Assembly (NCBI GenBank): GCA_041494705.1
Contig: JBGQBI010000003.1
Location: 30,001 to 62,000 of the forward strand
DNA length: 32,000 nt
Direction of reading: 5' to 3'
Source of the DNA: Candidatus Methanoperedens sp.
GTDB lineage: Archaea > Halobacteriota > Methanosarcinia > Methanosarcinales > Methanoperedenaceae
The translations under genes and the position numbers were made by a program. Below the pieces are notes generated by a model, which ran no database searches, was not told the origin of the DNA, and was given only the letters and a program-made list of their open reading frames with translations. Shown here piece by piece: positions 1-7,756 of the stretch (position 1 is its first letter; each line of letters starts with the position of its first letter).

Positions 1-1923
1 AAATACCTGCAACAGCCTTTCCTTATCGCCATTAATGATAATAGATTCCGGGATATCATTAAATATGGGTATATTTTTTATCGAAGCAACGGTTTTCATA
101 TCTTCTATGACCTGTGCGGCAAGGTCAAAAAGAGGCACCAACTGGGTTTTAAGCGCAAGGGCCCCGGATTCGATAAGGGGAATATCGAGCAGCGCCCTGA
201 TTAACTTTGACAACCGTTTTGAATTTCTAAGGATTATCTCCGCCTTGTGCCGCTGTTCTTCAGTCAGATTCCCTTCGAGCATCAATTCCGTGTATCCGAT
301 AACGGAAGTAAGCGGCGTCCTGAGTTCATGTGATATATTTGAAAGGAAATTGTCCTTCATCCTGAAAAGTTCCTGTAGTTTTGAATATGTGAGTTTAAGT
401 TCCTCATAAGAATCTTTTAATTCTTCTTCAAGTTTTTTGTGCCCTGATACATCAGTGATGACGGTTATGATTTTTTCGACATTGCCATTTTTATCCTTGA
501 TTGGTATTTTGCTGGTGTTCGTGTAAATTACTTCATCAAAATATTGTGTTTTTTCTTCGCTCAGTAAAATCTCTCCCGTTTTGATAACATGTTCATATTC
601 CAGATCGACATGCTTTTCTTTCAGGAAGGGATAAACTTCATAAAGATTTTTGTTTGTTACCAGCTCTTTTTTGATCCTGCCTTTGCCGAGTCTTATCAGT
701 TCATCATTAACAGCGAGGATATTCATATCTTTATCAACGACATGGATTGCCAGATTGACATTATTCAGAATCTCTTCGTTAAATTCCTTCAAGTACTTGA
801 TGTTTTTATTAAAAGCAATATTTTCTTCTTCAAGCGCTTTTTGCTGTGTTATATCCCTCAGTACTAAAATTATATTTGTGATATCTTTCTTATCAATAAA
901 CGGCGATGCGTTTATTTCGAGGATTTTTTTTGTACCGTTGATATTTATCTCATGCATGAATCTCAACGGTTTCTTTGTTTGAAGCAATTTTTTGACAGGG
1001 CATTCTTCTGTCTTGTATTGCGCTTTATCCCCGAAGACCATTTCATGGCACGTTCTTCCCATCACACATTCTTCGTTCAGACCCATTAACTTCAGGAATG
1101 GTTTATTTACCTTTACAATTTCATGATCGCTATTGACAACGAATATCCCGTCATCGATACTGTCAAACAATGTTTCAAGATATTTTTCAGCAGCCTCGGT
1201 TTGTTCTTTTGAAGTTATGATATCCTTGATTTTCTGGTCAAGGTTCAAAGCCATATCATTAAATGTCCGGGCAAGCTCTCCAAGCTCATCGCCGGTGCTT
1301 ATATCTATTTTCTGGTCAAGTACACCCTTATTTATCCTCTTTGCTCCTTCAGTAAGCTTCGATATCGGTTCTGTCAGTCTTTTCCCGGTCAGGTATGAAA
1401 AAATACCTCCGATAACCAGTGCCGATACCGCTAACAGAAGAAGCCTTCTTGAAGCTTCAAGAATCTGCGCCCGTACCCCGTTTTCAGTTAAACCCACATG
1501 AATGTAACCAATATTTCTAAAAACCGGCGCATTAAATTCATGTATGATTCCAGTTTCCGTATCAATTACAGATTCTTTCATGGTTTTAGAGGGTTTTGTC
1601 ATATTTTGAAGAGCTTTTGGGAATCCTTTATCAAAAGTATGCACCAGGACTATCCCCTCGGAATCAGTAAGAAAAATATATTCAACATCGGGATAACTTT
1701 TCTTCACATTGTCAAAAGAATCCCTGATGCTCACCATGTCATTTAAAAGCAATGGATTTGTAACAGTCTGCGCCAGGTTATTAGCCAGTAGAAATCCTTT
1801 ATCACGGAAGTCACCTTCAATTATGCCTCTCTGGATATCCTGGATAACCAGATAAGACCCTGTTATAATCAGGAATATTATAAACATTGTCGAAATAATA
1901 ATCCTGGAGCGTAAGGTTGCCAT
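1..1923 (-). CDS. Sensor histidine kinase, partial. Architecture is TM, extracytoplasmic sensor, TM, HAMP, PAS, PAS, HisKA; the HATPase domain lies beyond the window edge.
   Basis: The gene is absent from the ORF track because it runs off the window. My minus-strand translation from the ATG at 1923..1921 stays open to position 1. It begins MATLRSRIIISTMFIIFLIITG (TM1) and has a second TM at RRLLLLAVSALVIGGIFSYL. A HAMP-like segment reads PISKLTEGAKRINKGVLDQKIDISTGDELGELARTFNDMALNL, followed by two PAS-like blocks. The H-box is FLSNISHELRTPLTSVIGY, with the His codon at 328-330. The + strand track ORFs at 35-1746 are antisense to this gene. Confidence 0.85.
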   Translation of the reverse strand, partial: MATLRSRIIISTMFIIFLIITGSYLVIQDIQRGIIEGDFRDKGFLLANNLAQTVTNPLLLNDMVSIRDSFDNVKKSYPDVEYIFLTDSEGIVLVHTFDKGFPKALQNMTKPSKTMKESVIDTETGIIHEFNAPVFRNIGYIHVGLTENGVRAQILEASRRLLLLAVSALVIGGIFSYLTGKRLTEPISKLTEGAKRINKGVLDQKIDISTGDELGELARTFNDMALNLDQKIKDIITSKEQTEAAEKYLETLFDSIDDGIFVVNSDHEIVKVNKPFLKLMGLNEECVMGRTCHEMVFGDKAQYKTEECPVKKLLQTKKPLRFMHEININGTKKILEINASPFIDKKDITNIILVLRDITQQKALEEENIAFNKNIKYLKEFNEEILNNVNLAIHVVDKDMNILAVNDELIRLGKGRIKKELVTNKNLYEVYPFLKEKHVDLEYEHVIKTGEILLSEEKTQYFDEVIYTNTSKIPIKDKNGNVEKIITVITDVSGHKKLEEELKDSYEELKLTYSKLQELFRMKDNFLSNISHELRTPLTSVIGYTELMLEGNLTEEQRHKAEIILRNSKRLSKLIRALLDIPLIESGALALKTQLVPLFDLAAQVIEDMKTVASIKNIPIFNDIPESIIINGDKERLLQVF

Positions 1924-2840
1924 TAGACTTTTTTCCTCATTTCTCTTATGGAATCATAGGCATTATCATTTATATTAACAAATTTATCGATCATGATTTT
2001 GGAGAGAATAATTTTACCTTCTTCATCCTTATCCATTTTCAAGAAAATATCTTTAAGCCTTTCTTCCAGGAACGGGTCGATATCCTTTGAAACTATGACA
2101 GGGGGGATTCCAAAAGGCGGCGAAACTTCAATTACCTTTGTGTTTGATACAATGTCAGGTTTAGTATTTTTCATATATTCATATACAAGGCTGCTCACCG
2201 CTGCGCCGTCTGCCAATTCCCCGGCTACTGCGATGATGGAATAATCCTGGCTGTAGGTGTAAAAATAATTACTCCTGCCTTTTTCATCAACTCCAAAAAA
2301 AGAATCAGGGGTTTCATTGATGAGGGAAAGTCTGTATGCAGGGTAAAGTTTTCCTGAATTTGATAACGGGTCTGAGAAAGCAAATTTTTTGCCCCGCAAA
2401 TCCGTGATGTTATTATATGTACTGTTTTTTGGAACAATGATATATGAGTTATATGTCGTTCTTCCATTTATTTTGGGAGCCACAAGAAGTTTCATCCCGA
2501 ATTCTTCATTGCCTGCGATATATGCCCCGCTATCTACGAAAGAAAAATCTATCTGCTTATTCTTTATTAAGTCGTTTACTTCCTTGGAGCTGCGCCTCTG
2601 TACGATTTTTACAGGCCCGCCCAATTTTCTGGAAATATACCCGGTCAATTCTTCATAGTAAGCATAGGATTCTTTAGGGGAAACTCCCGAAGCAAAAGCA
2701 ACTTTTAGAACCGTGTCATTTTCCCTGACATCGGGTTCTTGAACTATGCTCAGGTTGACTTTCGCTGGTTTTTCAATACAACCAGGTAACATTAATGTAA
2801 GAATAATCAAAATAAAAACAACAAAACATATTTTTTTCAT
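1923..2840 (-). CDS. PhnD-like (phosphonate/phosphite-type ABC) periplasmic solute-binding lipoprotein
   Basis: 305 aa. It has a signal peptide with a lipobox (LTLMLPGC). The body resembles the PhnD/Phosphonate-bd family (LKVAFASGVSPKE, KIVQRRSSKEVNDLIKNKQIDFSFVDSGAYI, FAFSDPLSNSGKLYP). Its stop overlaps the kinase start (TAATG at 1921-1925). Confidence 0.75.
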   Translation of the reverse strand: MKKICFVVFILIILTLMLPGCIEKPAKVNLSIVQEPDVRENDTVLKVAFASGVSPKESYAYYEELTGYISRKLGGPVKIVQRRSSKEVNDLIKNKQIDFSFVDSGAYIAGNEEFGMKLLVAPKINGRTTYNSYIIVPKNSTYNNITDLRGKKFAFSDPLSNSGKLYPAYRLSLINETPDSFFGVDEKGRSNYFYTYSQDYSIIAVAGELADGAAVSSLVYEYMKNTKPDIVSNTKVIEVSPPFGIPPVIVSKDIDPFLEERLKDIFLKMDKDEEGKIILSKIMIDKFVNINDNAYDSIREMRKKV

Positions 2841-3157
2841 GAATTGGACTTCTTAATAAGTTCCTTGATTAACCATCCCCAGTATTTTATTGTAGCGATT
2901 AAACCGAATGTAATACCTATTGCAAAAAAAATATCTTTAACAAAATGGGTATTTTGAAAATTTTCAAAAGATAATGCCATTATAATCGAACCCAGTAACA
3001 TGAAAAACATACCGATATAATAAAGATAATAATATTTTTTCATCCCCATTACTTCACCCAATCGTTTACTCAGAATACTTAAAAAATAAAGCACCAATGT
3101 AAACAAAATCATCACAACATAACTGACTAATCTTAATGGTTCAAAAAATAAGCTCAT
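2837..3157 (-). CDS. Small integral membrane protein (about 3 TM), paralogous to the gene upstream
   Basis: 106 aa with three hydrophobic segments. There are ATGA start/stop overlaps at both ends (2837-2840 and 3154-3157). The Tyr-rich TM2 (KKYYYLYYIGMFFMLLG) resembles KTFYYFYIVPIIVLLA in the neighbouring gene. Confidence 0.6.
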   Translation of the reverse strand: MSLFFEPLRLVSYVVMILFTLVLYFLSILSKRLGEVMGMKKYYYLYYIGMFFMLLGSIIMALSFENFQNTHFVKDIFFAIGITFGLIATIKYWGWLIKELIKKSNS

Positions 3158-3429
3158 TTTATACCTACCATTTTTCTATACAGGTAAAAACTTACAAGAA
3201 ATGAGCTGAGCGCTCCGGATAATTCAATCGACTCATGTAAAAACCTGTTAGTAGCAAACAATTCAGTCGATGCTGCAAGAAGAACAATTATCGGAACTAT
3301 ATAGAAATAATAAAAAGTTTTTACGTTGAATTTTTTTTGATAAAACATGGCTATTGCAGTTATGAAAATCATAATAAAACTTGCTGCAACCCATGAATAT
3401 ATTTCAATAATGCCTTGTATATCTATCAT
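3154..3429 (-). CDS. Small integral membrane protein (about 3 TM)
   Basis: 91 aa with three hydrophobic segments. It starts 9 nt downstream of the KaiC stop and overlaps the next gene by 4 nt. Confidence 0.6.
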   Translation of the reverse strand: MIDIQGIIEIYSWVAASFIMIFITAIAMFYQKKFNVKTFYYFYIVPIIVLLAASTELFATNRFLHESIELSGALSSFLVSFYLYRKMVGIK

Positions 3430-3438
3430 AGATAGAAG

Positions 3439-4881
3439 TTATTTTTTAAAAGCTTCGACGAAAGCTTCTACAGGTGTCTTTACTGGACTGCCGGATAAAA
3501 TTCCTGAATATTCCATAAACTGTTGTGTTACCTCAACACCTTTTTCATTGATAATGATTTCCTTAATCGCCTTCTCATGGTTGCTGCCCCTCATCTTAAG
3601 TACTGATATAGCCTTTCGCATTTCGCTTTTTATCTCAACATATCGCAACAAAATGACTGCATCCATGATTGGTGAAATACCGGTTCCTGTAATCTGCGTT
3701 GCGCCTGTAAGATTCGAAGTCTCGTTTGTATAAATTGCAGTAATGTTTTGATTTTTTAAAAAATTGACTATATTCTCCATATAGTCAGCTATCGGCATAT
3801 ACTGCGGCAGCATATGTTGAAGTTTTGCTACCCCATCGAACAGCAGGCGTTTGGCTTTTACTTCCCGGATGGTTTCCTCCACCAGTCCTGTCAGGTTATG
3901 AATATCAAATTCGAATGCTGAAATTATTTTAAGCATTTTTTTATTTTCATATTCATCCAGATTCCAACCAAACATTTTTGAATTTTCACGTATTTGCAGG
4001 GGTTCCTCTTCAAAGGAGATTATCACACCGGGTTCTTTTTTCAATAAGCCATCCACAATGAATTGTGTCCCGATTACAGTCTTGCCTGTTCCGCTGCTTC
4101 CTGAAATCAATATGGCAGACCCGCGGTTATAGCCACCGCCGGTCATCTTATCCAATCCTTTTATTCCGGTGGATATCCGTTCTTTTAGTATAGACGTCCT
4201 CGCTGGCTTATGCAATCTTGGGAATACCATAAATCCATCTTTTGTTATACCACATGAATGCTTGCCACCCTGGAATTCCTGTCCCCTCATTTTGATAATA
4301 TTAAGATAGCGAATATTATTCTCATAAAAAGGTTCATTACTGAGATAGATAATACCGTCAACCAGATAGCTTAGAGTGCTTTTAATGAGTTCCTTTTCTG
4401 TAAACTCACCTGTCAGTAAAACAAGGGAATTCCATCCTTTCATGCTTGCAAAAAAGTCATAATAGAACTGGCGCTGCGCTTCTCCATCCAATCCATAAGC
4501 GAATACATTCACCGGGTCGATCGCAATCCTGTCCGGTTTAATCGATTCAATGTTCCTCTCTATTTCCTTAATAATGGCATCCGAACCTTTATGGATGATA
4601 TCAATGTCAATGGGCACATATTTGACATTGCCTTTCCCGAGCAGTGAGATATTATAAAAAGAAAATTTGGACATGAAATTATTGATCATTGCTATGGGCT
4701 CGGAGAGAGCTGTGATGTACATGCAAACCTCTTCATTTTTTGCAGCATTGAACAAAGATTGCATTACGAAAGTAGTTTTGCCGGTCCCGGCTGTGCCTGC
4801 TATCAAAACAACCGACGGTCGCAGGAATCCCCCTTCCATTATTTTATCAAGACCGTTTACTCCTGAAGTTACCTGTTTCAT
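3439..4881 (-). CDS. kaiC: KaiC-like double RecA-domain ATPase
   Basis: 480 aa with two tandem RecA/KaiC-like halves. Each half has its own Walker A (LIAGTAGTGKTT and LISGSSGTGKTV). The typical archaeal KaiC endings KMRG (IIKMRGQEF, VLKMRGSNH) are present. Confidence 0.9.
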   Translation of the reverse strand: MKQVTSGVNGLDKIMEGGFLRPSVVLIAGTAGTGKTTFVMQSLFNAAKNEEVCMYITALSEPIAMINNFMSKFSFYNISLLGKGNVKYVPIDIDIIHKGSDAIIKEIERNIESIKPDRIAIDPVNVFAYGLDGEAQRQFYYDFFASMKGWNSLVLLTGEFTEKELIKSTLSYLVDGIIYLSNEPFYENNIRYLNIIKMRGQEFQGGKHSCGITKDGFMVFPRLHKPARTSILKERISTGIKGLDKMTGGGYNRGSAILISGSSGTGKTVIGTQFIVDGLLKKEPGVIISFEEEPLQIRENSKMFGWNLDEYENKKMLKIISAFEFDIHNLTGLVEETIREVKAKRLLFDGVAKLQHMLPQYMPIADYMENIVNFLKNQNITAIYTNETSNLTGATQITGTGISPIMDAVILLRYVEIKSEMRKAISVLKMRGSNHEKAIKEIIINEKGVEVTQQFMEYSGILSGSPVKTPVEAFVEAFKK

Positions 4882-4899
4882 ATTATAACCCCTATGGTA

Positions 4900-5265
4900 T
4901 CAGCCCAGAACCAGCTTTATCTGTTCTGATGCCTTTGCCATCTCGATAAGAACCAATCCCAGACCTGCATCCGGTTTCGTCATGACCAATAGTAAGGCTT
5001 TTGGCCCTGCTCCTGTACCGATTATCTTCCCGTTTTTAGATTCCACGATTATCCTGTCCGGAATGCCTTTTCCGAGCTCCGTTGTTGCAGTTTCTGCCGC
5101 GCCGATCATTGTTGCAGACATAGCTACAAATGTCTCAGCATGCTGCTTTTTCGATATGGTTGAACATATAAGTAATCCATCTCTGCTTGCTACTGCGGAT
5201 TCTTCCACACCCCCGATATTATTTATATCTTTTAAGATTTTTTCAAGCATTTCTGTTGTTGACAT
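4900..5265 (-). CDS. Roadblock/LC7 (MglB-like) domain protein
   Basis: 121 aa with a typical Robl_LC7 pattern (GGVEESAVASRDGLLICS, FVAMSATMIGAAETATTELGKG, LLLVMTKPDAGLGLVLIEM). It is the first gene of the operon, 18 nt upstream of kaiC. Confidence 0.85.
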   Translation of the reverse strand: MSTTEMLEKILKDINNIGGVEESAVASRDGLLICSTISKKQHAETFVAMSATMIGAAETATTELGKGIPDRIIVESKNGKIIGTGAGPKALLLVMTKPDAGLGLVLIEMAKASEQIKLVLG

Positions 5266-5370
5266 GATTACCTTGTTATTTCAACCTGATTACCAGCAAT
5301 TTAATTGTAATTCCATCATTATCATGATTGTAATTATATTAACTTATACTATATTTTATTCCTTGTGGTA

Positions 5371-5518
5371 TATGAAGTTTATTGTAGCTTTGACAACATT
5401 GCTTAAATTGAGCAATTTCAACTGTTCAGATTTTATACAACTTACAATGGGTTTATGGTCTTAATATATATGAAGTTTATTTATCATATTACCAATAACA
5501 TTGCTTGAATTGAGCAAT
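5371..5518. promoter_or_regulatory. Two copies of a direct repeat, each ending in the palindrome ATTGCT-N7-AGCAAT; candidate operator pair in a divergent promoter region
   Basis: Copy 1 (5371-5416) reads tatgaagtttatt...aacATTGCTtaaattgAGCAAT. Copy 2 (5469-5518) reads tatgaagtttatt...aacATTGCTtgaattgAGCAAT. The palindrome arms are at 5398-5403/5411-5416 and 5500-5505/5513-5518, with centres about 102 bp apart. The region lies between the Roadblock/KaiC operon start (5265) and the FilR1-like regulator start (5621). Confidence 0.4.
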
Positions 5519-5620
5519 ATTTCTTTTGTTTAACTATATAAACAAGAGATGTGTAAATTGAATATATTAAATAAATCCGGTGATGTAATAAAAAAAATTA
5601 TGTAAGGAAGTGAAGCGGAG

Positions 5621-6424
5621 ATGAGAAAAAAAATGGACTCAAGGGATTTACTCCGCCTCGTAATTTGCTCAGATCTTCGAAAAAATCTCCTCATTTGTTT
5701 GAATGAAGATAAAAAATCACTTGGCGACCTGCGCAATGAGTTGAATATCAGTTCCACAACAGCCATACATGCCTTAAGGGAGCTTGAAAAGAGCAACCTT
5801 GTTTTTCAGGATAGGGATAAAAATTATGCGCTAACAAAGATTGGCAGGATTCTAACCTTGAAAGTGGCAGATTTCGGTAACGCTGTTGATGTTTTAAAAG
5901 AACATGAAAGATTCTGGCTTGAGCATGACCTGAGCGGGATTCCGGACCATATGATGGAGAAGATAGGGTGGTTGAAGAATTCGGTTCTTATAAAAAATAC
6001 CGAAACTGAAATTTTTAAAGTTCATTCAAATTTCATTAATTTATTGAGAAATGCTAAGGAGATTAGGGGAGTTTCTCCTTTTTTCATTCCAGAGTTTGCA
6101 ATTCTATTTGAAGAGCTAATATTTGAAAAAAACACTGATATTCAGCTTATATTAACAAAAGAAGTGTATGAAAAAATAGATAAAGAAGCAATGAAAAACA
6201 TTTTCGCCAACAAGAATTTAAAATTTAAATTGTACCTATTGAAAGGAAATGTGACTGTCGCTTTTACAGTTGCTGATTACTTCTTATCACTTGGGTTTTT
6301 TCATATTGGTGGGTCATATGATTTTAGCAACGATCTAGTAAATTACAATAAAAAAGCGATTGCTTGGGGAAATGAATTATTTGAACATTATGTCAAATTA
6401 TCTGAAAAAGTTGTGCATGCTTAG
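5621..6424 (+). CDS. ArsR-like winged-helix transcription regulator with a DUF1724 (FilR1/Msr-type) C-terminal domain
   Basis: 267 aa. The N-terminal wHTH reads RKNLLICLNEDKKSLGDLRNELNISSTTAIHALRELEKSNLV. The long C-terminal domain is typical of the Methanosarcinales Msr/FilR1 family (ERFWLEHDLSGIP, VAFTVADYFLSLGFF). The start could instead be the ATG at 5633. Confidence 0.75.
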   Translation: MRKKMDSRDLLRLVICSDLRKNLLICLNEDKKSLGDLRNELNISSTTAIHALRELEKSNLVFQDRDKNYALTKIGRILTLKVADFGNAVDVLKEHERFWLEHDLSGIPDHMMEKIGWLKNSVLIKNTETEIFKVHSNFINLLRNAKEIRGVSPFFIPEFAILFEELIFEKNTDIQLILTKEVYEKIDKEAMKNIFANKNLKFKLYLLKGNVTVAFTVADYFLSLGFFHIGGSYDFSNDLVNYNKKAIAWGNELFEHYVKLSEKVVHA

Positions 6425-6788
6425 TTCTTAAACCTTGGATTATACACTCATCTCTCAGCACGGGATATAAAATAATGTTGTAAATTTGATTGTGTAGAGG
6501 CTTGTTTCAAAGCCTGTGGCCAGCTAAATGATAAAAGCTTTTCAAGAGAATAATCCATAGAATAATAGGATAGGATGGTGGGAGATTTGGTGCATCTATG
6601 AGCCTATAAAACATGCAATGCTTGAATCCTCAATAGATTACATGAAAAGAGGAAAGCAAGCCACGCATTTATAAGAGCACCCAAGCCGAGGGTGCATATT
6701 TTTATCGGTGAATGAATAAATATAAAAATTTTAAATTTTTTAAATTTGAAAATAATCGTAATAAATACATAAATGGAGGATGAATTAA

Positions 6789-7730
6789 ATGTCAGTAGAA
6801 GAATATAATACAAGTTTGGGATCGTATATAAACAAAACATTCAGAACAACCGGTACATGTTTGGTCTTCAAAGACTTATTTAAATATTTATATTTAATAT
6901 TTAATAAATTAATAGCCTTCTTGATGAAGAGTTCTTTATTTATAGCGATGACGGCATTTTTACTACCTTATTTTTCTTTTTTGCTCTACAATATAAGAGC
7001 TAATTTTAGTTTGCTTATCGCTTCTTCCCTATGTATTTTTTCCATATACAGTCTGAATAAACTTTCAGATATGAAAGAAGATTTAATAAATAATCCTGAG
7101 AGGGTGGGATTTATTGAAAAATATAAGAATCTTATTATTTTTGCTGTAATAGCATCTTTCATAGCTTCCATATTGATATCCTTTTTACAAAATCCTTTTG
7201 CCATCATTATAATGCTATTTCCTTTTTTGATGGGTATTTTTTATAGTATTAAAGTATCAAACTTCAGATTAAAGGATATCGTTGGAATAAAAAATTTCAC
7301 GGTTGCAGTATCATGGGCTGTAATCGGGGCTTTTCTACCGTTAGCAGTCTACTTTAGTGATTTTATTCTAATTTCTTTGGTTTTTTACTTTTTTTTCATA
7401 CGTGTCTTTCTCGGCTCTATCGCATCTGATGTAAGAGACATAGAAGGTGATAGGGCAAGCGGGGTAAGAACGATTCCTGTAGTTTTTGGATTGAACAAAA
7501 CGAAGATTTTTTTGCTTCTTCTTAATTCAACGCTCTTGCCATGGCTTGCCTTTTCCTATTTTGCAGGGTATTTCCATGGTTATTTTCTTGTTTTAGTTTT
7601 CTTCATTATTTACGGATACTGGTATATCCTGCATTTTTGCAGGGAAGGCATAAAAATAGGAAAAACTATGGATTTGTTCGTGGATGGCGAATGGATACCG
7701 ACGGTAATCCTTGCATTAATATTGGGTTAG
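6789..7730 (+). CDS. UbiA-family membrane prenyltransferase
   Basis: 313 aa and polytopic. Both Asp-rich UbiA motifs are present (NKLSDMKEDLIN and DVRDIEGDRASGVRTIPV). A GGAGGA Shine-Dalgarno at 6774-6779 sits 9 nt before the ATG. Confidence 0.8.
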   Translation: MSVEEYNTSLGSYINKTFRTTGTCLVFKDLFKYLYLIFNKLIAFLMKSSLFIAMTAFLLPYFSFLLYNIRANFSLLIASSLCIFSIYSLNKLSDMKEDLINNPERVGFIEKYKNLIIFAVIASFIASILISFLQNPFAIIIMLFPFLMGIFYSIKVSNFRLKDIVGIKNFTVAVSWAVIGAFLPLAVYFSDFILISLVFYFFFIRVFLGSIASDVRDIEGDRASGVRTIPVVFGLNKTKIFLLLLNSTLLPWLAFSYFAGYFHGYFLVLVFFIIYGYWYILHFCREGIKIGKTMDLFVDGEWIPTVILALILG

Positions 7731-7756
7731 GAGGCGAATACTCAGACGATTTATTC

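Noticed and set aside
35-1746. Five + strand track ORFs (35-409, 589-867, 650-982, 1133-1501, 1498-1746).
   Set aside because: They are antisense to a continuous minus-strand reading frame with clear HAMP, PAS and HisKA motifs. Their translations are Ser/Phe/Ile-rich and low in complexity, with no recognisable motifs.
4982-5464. A 160-aa + strand ORF overlapping the Roadblock/LC7 gene and running into the intergenic region.
   Set aside because: It is antisense to a gene with a clear family signature. It has no RBS, and its translation has no recognisable features.
6604-6840. A 78-aa minus-strand ORF in the AT-rich region upstream of the UbiA gene.
   Set aside because: It overlaps the UbiA start and its Shine-Dalgarno. 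Its composition is what AT-rich non-coding DNA would give (Phe/Ile/Lys/Leu runs), and I saw no RBS.
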